Positions 30,616-38,830 of a stretch of 64,000 bases of DNA are shown here, one piece after another; within the stretch, counting starts at the first letter, position 1, and each line of letters starts with the position of its first letter. The notes under the pieces are model-generated. The model did not search any database, was not told the origin of the DNA, and saw only the letters and a program-made list of their open reading frames with translations. Origin of the DNA: Acidobacteriota bacterium (GTDB lineage: Bacteria; Acidobacteriota; UBA890; WLXD01); contig CAXWPH010000015.1 in the NCBI GenBank assembly GCA_963666055.2, forward strand, positions 864,001 to 928,000, written 5' to 3'. The position numbers and the translations under genes are program-made.

Positions 30616-31527
30616 CTAATCCTCGCGGGAACTTGCAGCGACAGCGCTCAGGTCGGACGCAGTCGGTTCAGCAAGCGTCACAATATAACGCTCACGCAAG
30701 GCGCTATAAGAAGCTTCGTTGGTCTCTTCGCGTTTCGCAGACGTCCAATCCCGTGACACGAGATCTCGAATATCATCAAGCGGAGGAACGATGCCTTCAA
30801 CCCGTTCAGTAAGCTTGACCAGGTGTAATCCAAAGTCGGATTCAATGGGTCCCTGCCAGCTGCCGACTGGCAACGATTGTAGTCCCGCTAAAAACTGGCT
30901 TCCCATGGCACGCAGTATCTGGCGCTCATAGGCCTTGTTGAACTGCGACAGCAATAATCGATCGCCCAGCAGAGCCGTATCGATGCTGGCATTGGAGTCG
31001 TCGCCAGGCCCCGTCGTATCAGGCTGTCGCAGTTCAGCTAACAGAAAGTCTGCGTCTGCCTCAGCCGAGCTACCACGCTCGCTGACATTGAAATAGACCT
31101 GCTCAAAACTGAAACGAGTTTGCTCACGGAATCGTTCCTGATGTGTTGCCAGAAAAGCCTCCAGTTCGGCCTCAGTGGGTTCCCCCAGTCTGGCGACATC
31201 TTCGGTAAGAAATGCCAGCTTCTGTTGCAAACGCTGCCGGATGATGGGGTCGTCACGATCGAGACCCATAGCCAGCGCCTCGCGGTACATGACCTCTCCA
31301 CGAATGTGGGCCTGTAGCAGACCATCCAGTTCCTGTTCTGTGGGCGGGCGTTGCCAGTCTCTCTCGAATCCCACAATCAGCGCATCGATGTGGCCCTCGG
31401 TGATGACTATTTCTTCCAGAGGCTGGTTGCCGGAGAATCCAGCATCGGAGACCAATTGGTAAGTACCGAACATCGCCGCACCTAGCAGCAGGAAATACAA
31501 TAGGGGTTCTCGTAGAATGTTTCTCAT
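30616..31527 (-). CDS. PpiC/rotamase-like peptidyl-prolyl isomerase
   Basis: LREPLLYFLLLG, REALAMGLDRDD.IIR.RL.QK, WQGPIES.FGLHLV. Confidence 0.88.
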   Translation of the reverse strand: MRNILREPLLYFLLLGAAMFGTYQLVSDAGFSGNQPLEEIVITEGHIDALIVGFERDWQRPPTEQELDGLLQAHIRGEVMYREALAMGLDRDDPIIRQRLQQKLAFLTEDVARLGEPTEAELEAFLATHQERFREQTRFSFEQVYFNVSERGSSAEADADFLLAELRQPDTTGPGDDSNASIDTALLGDRLLLSQFNKAYERQILRAMGSQFLAGLQSLPVGSWQGPIESDFGLHLVKLTERVEGIVPPLDDIRDLVSRDWTSAKREETNEASYSALRERYIVTLAEPTASDLSAVAASSRED

Positions 31528-31553
31528 AGTGTACTGCTTCTCAATTTGCTGAG

Positions 31554-31640
31554 TTATGCGCAGAACCTGTACCAGATCGGTGAAGTACAGGCACGCTCCT
31601 GACCACTCATGTACATCGTGTCGGACATCGGGATTATTAA
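31554..31640 (-). pseudogene. DUF3604 C-terminal remnant
   Basis: Reads IPMSDTMYMSGQERACTSPIWYRFCA*, matching the QERAxTSPIWY end of DUF3604, at its usual position upstream of PPIase-HupE/UreJ. Confidence 0.7.
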
Positions 31641-31904
31641 GACTCGAACTCGAAATTATCCAGGTAGGAAAGCAACTCGTTCAGCTTGGATGGCCGGGTA
31701 TAGGCAGAATAAAGACTGTCGCCATTCAAGTCTACGCATTCTTTGTCAGGAAATATTATCCTGTCTTGCTCCAAAACCTTCAGAAATCTCCCTAAAGTGC
31801 CACGACATTAACCAAGATTGCGATTCATTAGCCTTCCGATTAGCGACGCTCGAATTAGTTGCTATCTCAGGCCGAAGCTCGCTGCCTCCGTGCTAACCTG
31901 CTTC

Positions 31905-32029
31905 ATGGCGTAACCTCCTGCCGCTCGTGGCGGCGTTGTGTGTTCCTACTCGGAGGTTACGCCATCTCTATTTCCACAGGACGCGGGCCGGATCCAGCGG
32001 AAGGCTGGGGCGGTTAAGTTGACAGTGCC
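31905..32029. mobile_element. IS6-like element end remnant
   Basis: 14-bp perfect IR atggcgtaacctcc/ggaggttacgccat, then aagttgacagtgcc (rc GGCACTGTCAACTT). Confidence 0.4.
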
Positions 32030-32113
32030 TAATCGAGGCCGTTGCGACGATGCTCTCGAAGAAGAAATAGGAAAAACAATCACAAGACTTAGTCGCTTAT
32101 GTAAGCTGAGACA

Positions 32114-32163
32114 GATCTCCGTTGAAACAGGGAGCCTGAAGATGCCACCGACTACTCGCTTCA
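32114..32163 (+). repeat. 50-bp direct repeat copy 2
   Basis: 49/50 identical to 26097-26146. Confidence 0.9.
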
Positions 32164-32492
32164 AGAAAAGGCACAGTCGTCACGCTCGGCGCCGAGGGTG
32201 GGCCCACGCGGCCGCGGCAGTCCTCTGTGCAATGTATGCGACCCTGGTCGTGGGGATACCCGCGATCGGTACCGCCGCGCAGCAGTCGGGCGTGTTCTAC
32301 CCCGACATCCCCGGTGAGCTGTTGCTCGAGAACGACTACGTCGTCGTGCAGAGGTTCCTCATCGAGCCCGGGCAGTGGGAGGGGATTCACCCCCATCCGG
32401 GAAGCCAGATCGCGGTGCGCATCAAAGGTGGCCTTTGGGCCGGACGCCGCGGTGGCCACGAGGTGTACAGGATGACCGGCGCCGCCCCGTAG
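32142..32492 (+). pseudogene. Truncated exported cupin-like protein
   Basis: Signal peptide, LLLENDYVVVQRFLIEPGQWEGIHPHPG; stops before the second cupin motif. Confidence 0.6.
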
Positions 32493-32577
32493 CTTCCGAG
32501 CTTGTCGGTGATCAACCATCGCGGTCCTCATCAGGAGGCGGTCGAAGCGGGGGTGTTGGAAGCGACCCTACAGTTGA

Positions 32578-32856
32578 CCTAGCAGGCCGTGGTGAAAGTG
32601 TGGTGGGTCTGGTTACGGCGAGTTGGGGCCAGATGGAAGGCGGCCTGACACAGGCGATGCCCTAGCCATCGTCCAGGAAGGCAACGCCGCAAATGGCCCC
32701 AAATCGCCGTAATCCTTCGGGCGAAAGGGGGTTGCGCGCGTATCCTGCGTCGTTCCTCGTCAACGATGGGTAACCATCGCCTCCTCCTCTCTCCTTGCCT
32801 CCACTTCGCAACACCCTGTCGCCAGACCCACCACACTTTCACCACGGCCTGCTAGG
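32578..32856 (-). mobile_element. MITE-like element, long form (279 bp), inverted relative to the 26147 copy
   Basis: Perfect TIR cctagcaggccgtggtgaaagtgtgg; contains the whole short form plus a ~100-bp extra module. Confidence 0.82.
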
Positions 32857-32947
32857 TGACTGGAGGCAGCTTCTATAAGAACATGTGGTTGCTCGCGCCA
32901 TGGGGCCACCGTGAACGCTCCTCCTGCTGCCAGCGTTAGCTAGAGAA

Positions 32948-34150
32948 ATGTCACTGAAAGTCCGACGAGTCGCCCTGACCGCCACGATTTTCCTGGCGCT
33001 GTCAGCACTGTGCACCGTCGAACTGCGTGCGCAGTCGGTCGGTGAGCCGTTGCCACCCTGGACACCCGGGACTCTCGACATTCACCAGATCAGCACCGGA
33101 CAAGGCAACGCAGCGTTGCTGATCTTCCCAGATGGCACCTCGATGCTGGTGGATTCAGGAGACGGAAACCCGGAGCCCCCGCGTGGTGCCGCACCTGTAC
33201 CCGACGGGTCCCGCACCGCCGGCGAATGGATCGCTCGCTACGCCCGGCGGATGCTCGCCCACGACCCCGATCCGGCCATCGACTACGCCCTGATCACCCA
33301 TTTCCACGGTGATCATATGGGCGGGTTCACCGAGGTGGCGGAGTACATCCCGATCCGTACGATGCTTGATCGGGGGTGGCCCGACTACGACTACCCGCGG
33401 CCGCTCTCGCTGAACGACTACCGAGCCTTTCTCGAGAACCAGCGCCTGAACGAAGGCATGGAGGTGGAGCGGTTGCAGCCTGGCCGCCACGACCAGATCG
33501 TCCTTCAGCGCCAGCCGGGGCTCTATCCGAGTTTCGTGGTCAACAACGTGGCCGCGAACGGCGAGGTGTGGACCGGTCTCGATACCGATACCGAGGAGCA
33601 TTTTCCGGACCTGTCCCGGATACCGAGGGAGGACTGGCCCACCGAGAACCAATGCAGCCTGGCGATTCGGGTAAGCTACGGTCAGTTTAACTACTATACG
33701 GGGGGCGACATGCCGGGGGAGACCGCCCCGGGGTATCCGGACTGGCAAGGCGTTGAGACCCCGGTCGCCAAGGCGGTGGGACCGGTGGACGCAGCCGTGC
33801 TCAACCACCATGGCCTCGGCAACGGGACGACAGAGTTCTTCGTGCGCACGCTGCAAGCTCGCGTGTGGGTCATTCCGTCGAGATCAGCCGATCACCCGGG
33901 CCGTTACGTCGTCGACCGGGTGACTTCCCCGCGGCTGTACGACGGCCCCCGGGATGTCTTCGCCGTCACCGTGGTCGAAGCCACCGAGCATACCCTCGGC
34001 CCACAACGATTCGCTCAACTGGCGAGCGATCAGGGCCACATCGTCATTCGCGTAGACGAGGGCGGCGAGTCGTACCGTGTCATTATTCTGGACGACTCAG
34101 CCGAAGCGTACATCGTCAAGGCTGTGCACGGACCCTACCAGGCCAAATGA
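32948..34150 (+). CDS. Exported MBL-fold (ComEC/Rec2-like) hydrolase
   Basis: GQGNAAL, THFHGDH, TGGD, NHHG. Confidence 0.88.
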   Translation: MSLKVRRVALTATIFLALSALCTVELRAQSVGEPLPPWTPGTLDIHQISTGQGNAALLIFPDGTSMLVDSGDGNPEPPRGAAPVPDGSRTAGEWIARYARRMLAHDPDPAIDYALITHFHGDHMGGFTEVAEYIPIRTMLDRGWPDYDYPRPLSLNDYRAFLENQRLNEGMEVERLQPGRHDQIVLQRQPGLYPSFVVNNVAANGEVWTGLDTDTEEHFPDLSRIPREDWPTENQCSLAIRVSYGQFNYYTGGDMPGETAPGYPDWQGVETPVAKAVGPVDAAVLNHHGLGNGTTEFFVRTLQARVWVIPSRSADHPGRYVVDRVTSPRLYDGPRDVFAVTVVEATEHTLGPQRFAQLASDQGHIVIRVDEGGESYRVIILDDSAEAYIVKAVHGPYQAK

Positions 34151-34208
34151 ACAGCCCCCCCGGTGACGAGCACGGGAATAAATCGCTGCGCCACCGAGGC
34201 TTTCCTGA

Positions 34209-34251
34209 GTAGCGGGGGCAGGATTTGAACCTGCGACCTTCGGGTTATGAG
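34209..34251 (-). other. 3' half of tRNA-Met(CAT), att-like remnant
   Basis: rc ctcataacccgaaggtcgcaggttcaaatcctgcccccgctac: anticodon loop to acceptor end; 5' half absent. Confidence 0.85.
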
Positions 34252-34337
34252 TTTTATTAGTGCCTCTCGAATTCTTCGATCACTGCGTCAGCGGCGCTGT
34301 CTCACTGCCCCCACCTTGACGCTCGAGGAGACATGAA

Positions 34338-36323
34338 ATGAAGAAGAGCGATCGTGAGCTGGGCATGAACCGGGAGATCACCCGTCGCGACCTCCTGAGC
34401 GGAACGAGCATCGCGATCGCGGGAGCGGCCCTTGCGCCGGGGGAAGTGGGGGCGCAGGGACGCGATGCCCGGCTGGCTCCGGCCGCATCTCCAGTTGTCG
34501 ATCAATCTGCGATCCAGGAGACGTACTATCCGCCAACCCGTACGGGGATGCGGGGCAGCCATCCGGGGTCGTTCGAGGTGGCTCATCGCATGCGGTTCGG
34601 CGAGACGTGGGACGACCCGCAGGAAACAGGGGAAGAGTACGACCTGATCGTGGTGGGTGGCGGGTTGAGCGGTCTCGGGGCGGCCTACTACTTCCGCAAG
34701 GCGATGCCTGAGGCTCGGGTCCTGATTCTGGAGAACCACGACGACTTCGGAGGGCACGCGAAGCGGAACGAGGCCATGGTCGACGGGCGCCAGGTCATCG
34801 GCTGGGGAGGCACGACGTACATCACCGGAGCCTATACGTACGAAGGCCTGGAGTTGCTGCACGACATCGGCCTGGATGCGGAGGTGTACAGGCGTGCGAA
34901 CGTGGGACGAAGCTTACGGGCGCGAGAGCCGGATTTGGGAAGCGCGGTCTTGTTCGACGAGGAGACGTTCGGTGAGGATCGCCTGGTGGTAGGAGAACCC
35001 GGATCGGACGAGCCGGAGGCCTGGACGAAATGGCTTCGAAAGACGCCGCTCTCGGACCGGGTGCAGAAGGACATCGCGAAGCTGTACCAGACGCAGGAGG
35101 ATTACTTCCCCGGATTGTCGGTGGAGGAGAAGATCGCTCGGCTCCGCAAGATGAGCTATCAGGACTATCTGCTGAACGTCGTCGGCGTCGACCCGGACGT
35201 GATCCCCTTCTTCATGCGCCGCGGCCCGGATGCCAATGGCACGGCCGGTATCGATACGTTGAGCGGATGGGCTGCGTTCCGGTACAGCGGTTTACCCGGG
35301 CTGCAGGGCCTCGGGCTCGGGGAGCCGCCGCCGAGAGACGGATTCCCCGGGCTGGAGAATCCGTTCGATGGCATGCACTTCCCCGACGGAAATGCTGGCA
35401 TCGCCCGCCTGCTCGTGCGCTGGCTGATTCCGGGTTCGCTACCGGGCGAGACGATGAACGATTCGGTGCCGACGCGGGTCCGGTATTCGACCCTCGACCG
35501 GACGGAAAACGACGTGCGTATCCGTCTCAACAGCACGGTGGTGAACGCCCACCACGTGGGCGATCGGGCGAAGGCGAACGCGGTGGATGTCACGTACGTA
35601 CGGGACGGCCAGGCGCATCGCGTGCGCGCAGGCACCTGCGTGATGGCGTGCTACAACTCGGTGATCCCGTATCTGTGTCCCGAGCTGCCGGAGGACCAGA
35701 AAGAACACCTGCATATGGCGGTGCGCAGACCCTTCGTTGCGGCCAACGTCATGGTTCGCGACTGGCGAGCGTTCGAGCGGCTCGGTGTGGCGCGCATCCA
35801 TTGCCCGGGCGCGTACTTCGAAAGTGTCAGTCTTGACGGTTACAGCAACAGCTTCGGGGAATACCAGACCGCCCAGTTGCCCGACGAACCGGTCGTCGTA
35901 GGGCTCTGGGCATCTCCGATCGCTCCGGGGCTCCCCGTACGGGACCAGTGGCGGGCCGCACGGGAGGAGCTTCTGGCCATGTCGTTCGAAACGTTCGAGC
36001 GTGGCATCAGGGATCAGCTTGCTCGTGCCCTGGGGGAGGGAGGCTTCGATCCCGCCCGGGACATCGAGGCCATCTTCGTCAACCGCTGGCCCCACGGGTA
36101 CGCGGGCGCAGGCAATGACCTCTTCGACCCCGACTGGGGGTACGACGAGGCTCCCTGGGTATTGGGCCGTAAGCGGTTCGGGCGGATCGCCATCGCCAAC
36201 TCCGACGCGGCCGCGTCTTGTCTTACACAGGCGGCGTTCGACCAGGCACATCGAGCGGTCCAAGAGCTGATCATCGACGTCATTCGACCCGAATTCCAGT
36301 ATCCGTGGGCGGAGAGGACCTAG
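34338..36323 (+). CDS. Spermidine dehydrogenase (SpdH)-like FAD oxidoreductase, Tat-exported
   Basis: ITRRDLL, YYPPTRTGMRGSH, VVGGGLSG, GGHAKRNE, HFPDGNA, NRWPHGY, IANSDA. Confidence 0.88.
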   Translation: MKKSDRELGMNREITRRDLLSGTSIAIAGAALAPGEVGAQGRDARLAPAASPVVDQSAIQETYYPPTRTGMRGSHPGSFEVAHRMRFGETWDDPQETGEEYDLIVVGGGLSGLGAAYYFRKAMPEARVLILENHDDFGGHAKRNEAMVDGRQVIGWGGTTYITGAYTYEGLELLHDIGLDAEVYRRANVGRSLRAREPDLGSAVLFDEETFGEDRLVVGEPGSDEPEAWTKWLRKTPLSDRVQKDIAKLYQTQEDYFPGLSVEEKIARLRKMSYQDYLLNVVGVDPDVIPFFMRRGPDANGTAGIDTLSGWAAFRYSGLPGLQGLGLGEPPPRDGFPGLENPFDGMHFPDGNAGIARLLVRWLIPGSLPGETMNDSVPTRVRYSTLDRTENDVRIRLNSTVVNAHHVGDRAKANAVDVTYVRDGQAHRVRAGTCVMACYNSVIPYLCPELPEDQKEHLHMAVRRPFVAANVMVRDWRAFERLGVARIHCPGAYFESVSLDGYSNSFGEYQTAQLPDEPVVVGLWASPIAPGLPVRDQWRAAREELLAMSFETFERGIRDQLARALGEGGFDPARDIEAIFVNRWPHGYAGAGNDLFDPDWGYDEAPWVLGRKRFGRIAIANSDAAASCLTQAAFDQAHRAVQELIIDVIRPEFQYPWAERT

Positions 36324-36524
36324 GTCACGACCGCCTCATGAAGGAGCCCTGGGGCTGCTTGCGGAGAACCGCATGAGCAACCAGGACGATAGAACCAGGA
36401 AGTCGAACCGGCGGTGAGCGGGGCCACGGCGGGGGCTGCCTATGGGACAGGAGAGCATCACCGGTCTTCCGGCCAACGGAAGCCGGGGCACGGTAGATTG
36501 TCCGTTCCCAGGCAGGACCCTCCC

Positions 36525-38021
36525 ATGACCAGACGAATCCGTCCGAAACGCCACTTTCTCGGCGCCTGCGCAGCCCTGTCGGTGATTTTCCTGCTCGGAT
36601 CGTGCGGGCCGGAGACAACCGTGGAGGAGCCGTTCGCAGCGTCGTCTCTGCGATCGCCCAACATCATCCTCATCCTGGCCGACGACATGGGCTACGGGGA
36701 TCCGCGCAGCTACAACCCAGATTCCAAGATTCCGACGCCGCACATGGACCGCCTGGCTGCCGAGGGAATGCGGTTTACCGATGCGCATTCGCCCTCCGGC
36801 GTTTGCACGCCTACGCGTTATGGGCTCCTGACCGGGCAGTATTCCTGGCGGACCCAGCTAAAAAAGGGCGTTCTCCTAGGCTATTCGCCCAGCCTGATTG
36901 ACACGAACCGGACGACGGTGGCGTCGTTGCTGAAGCAGCACGGCTATGCCACCGGCGGCGTAGGAAAATGGCACCTGGGCCTCGGCGATGAAGCGAGGAC
37001 CGACTACAGCAAGCCGCTGCGCCCAGGCCCCGCGTCGCTGGGGTTTGACTATTACTACGGGATCCCCGCATCGCTGGACTTTGAGCCGTATCTCTACTTC
37101 GAGAACGACCGCGTCGTCGAGGCGCCCACCGCCCGCACCGAAGGCAACCTCGAATGTTGTTTCGGCGCGTTCTGGCGGGAGGGGGCGATATCGCCGAGCT
37201 TCGAGCACGATCAGGTGTTGCCGATCACTGCCGAGAAGGCCGTCGCGTTCATCGAAGACCGGGCCGCGACGGAGCAGCCCTTCTTTTTGTACGTTCCCCT
37301 GTCGGCGCCCCACACGCCATGGTTGCCGCTGCCGCCGTACGTGGGCACGACCGAGGTCGGCGAATACGGCGACTTTACCGCGCAGGTAGACAGCGTCGTC
37401 GGTCAGATCCTCGACGCGGTGGACCGGCTGGCAATTACGGACAACACGCTGGGTATCCTCACCAGCGACAACGGCGCTATCTGGCCGCAGAGCAAGATCG
37501 ACGAGTTCGGTCACCGGGCCAACCTGAACCTGCGCGGGCAGAAGGCCGACATCTGGGAGGGGGGCAACCGGGTTCCGTTCATCATCCGTTGGCCCGGCCA
37601 CATCGCGCCGGCTTCGCAGAGCGACGCCCTGGTCTCGCTGACGGACATGTTGGCTACCTTTGCTGCCATCGTCGGAGCGGAACTGCCTCGTGACGCCGGG
37701 GAGGACAGCTACAGCCTGCTGCCCGTCCTGCTGGGTGAGAATCCGGAGACGCCCTTGCGCGACGCCGCTATCCATCATTCGGCGGACGGCATGTTCGCCA
37801 TCCGGCAGGGACCGTGGAAGCTGATCGAAGGGCGCGGCTCCGGCGGCTTTACCGAGCCGATCCGCATCGAACCGGGGCCGGGTGAGCCCGCCGGGCAACT
37901 TTACAACCTGTCGGAAGACCTCGGCGAGACGAACAACCTCTACCGGCAACACCCCGATGTGGTGGCACGCCTGACAGCGCTGCTGGATCAGTACCGGCAA
38001 CAAGGCCACAGTCGCCCGTGA
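36525..38021 (+). CDS. Arylsulfatase (lipoprotein)
   Basis: PNIILILADDMGYGD, CTPTRYGLLTG, GKWHLG; lipobox LLGSC. Confidence 0.93.
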   Translation: MTRRIRPKRHFLGACAALSVIFLLGSCGPETTVEEPFAASSLRSPNIILILADDMGYGDPRSYNPDSKIPTPHMDRLAAEGMRFTDAHSPSGVCTPTRYGLLTGQYSWRTQLKKGVLLGYSPSLIDTNRTTVASLLKQHGYATGGVGKWHLGLGDEARTDYSKPLRPGPASLGFDYYYGIPASLDFEPYLYFENDRVVEAPTARTEGNLECCFGAFWREGAISPSFEHDQVLPITAEKAVAFIEDRAATEQPFFLYVPLSAPHTPWLPLPPYVGTTEVGEYGDFTAQVDSVVGQILDAVDRLAITDNTLGILTSDNGAIWPQSKIDEFGHRANLNLRGQKADIWEGGNRVPFIIRWPGHIAPASQSDALVSLTDMLATFAAIVGAELPRDAGEDSYSLLPVLLGENPETPLRDAAIHHSADGMFAIRQGPWKLIEGRGSGGFTEPIRIEPGPGEPAGQLYNLSEDLGETNNLYRQHPDVVARLTALLDQYRQQGHSRP

Positions 38022-38124
38022 TGGAGAGAGTTGGAGCTACATGGACCTCGCGATCTACGCCGCACGATGATCTGTGCACACACCTGCCACGAGAGCCGAG
38101 GGACGAGCGGCGGAAGGAGAGAGG

Positions 38125-38619
38125 ATGATCGAGGAAAGGGATGGCTGGTTTGTGAAGAACGTCAAGGACGCGCCGTGGGAGCAAACCGAGGCGTTCGGAA
38201 AGGTCTGTTGGTTCGATACGGAGGATCCGTTCCCGCAAATCGGGATACATATCTTCTTGCTCGAGCCTGGCAAGCCGAACTCTCGCTACCACCGGGAAGA
38301 GGCGCAGGAGGACTTCCTCGTCCTGGCCGGGCGCTGCAAGCTGCTGGTTAACGGCGAGGAACGCTCGCTGGAAACCTGGGATTTTGTCCATTGCCCGGCC
38401 GGAGTGTCCCATGTCTTCGTCGGTGTCGACGGGCTATGTGCTCTCTTGGCGATCGGGCACCGACCCGACAGGGAAAAGGAGCAGCTGTTCTACCCGGCCA
38501 GCGAGCTGGCCCGCCGATACAACGCTGAGACTCCCGAACCCACGGGCGATCCGGAAGTCGCATACTCGGACATCAGGCAGCGGGTCAGGATCGATCCGCC
38601 GAAGTGGCCGATAGTGTAG
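38125..38619 (+). CDS. Cupin domain protein
   Basis: LEPGKPNSRYHREEAQEDFLVL, HCPAGVSHVF. Confidence 0.88.
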   Translation: MIEERDGWFVKNVKDAPWEQTEAFGKVCWFDTEDPFPQIGIHIFLLEPGKPNSRYHREEAQEDFLVLAGRCKLLVNGEERSLETWDFVHCPAGVSHVFVGVDGLCALLAIGHRPDREKEQLFYPASELARRYNAETPEPTGDPEVAYSDIRQRVRIDPPKWPIV

Positions 38620-38657
38620 GGCGCACCGGGATTCGAACCTGGGACTTCCACCGTGTG
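38619..38657 (-). other. 3' half of tRNA-Val(CAC), att-like remnant 1
   Basis: gggcgcaccgggattcgaacctgggacttccaccgtgtg, identical to 40959-40997 and homologous to the tRNA at 55425. Confidence 0.9.
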
Positions 38658-38830
38658 TTCAAGCGACACACTTGACGATGGTTGCTATCCCTTGACGTGG
38701 CTTGAACTTACGGGCTGGTGGTTTTGACGTCAGTTGGGTCTGTTTGACGCTGTTTGCACCCGAAATGTCAAAGGAATTGTCACAGGCTCGATGAGGAGCT
38801 TTCGAGTCGAGTGAGCTCAACAGGGCCGCG

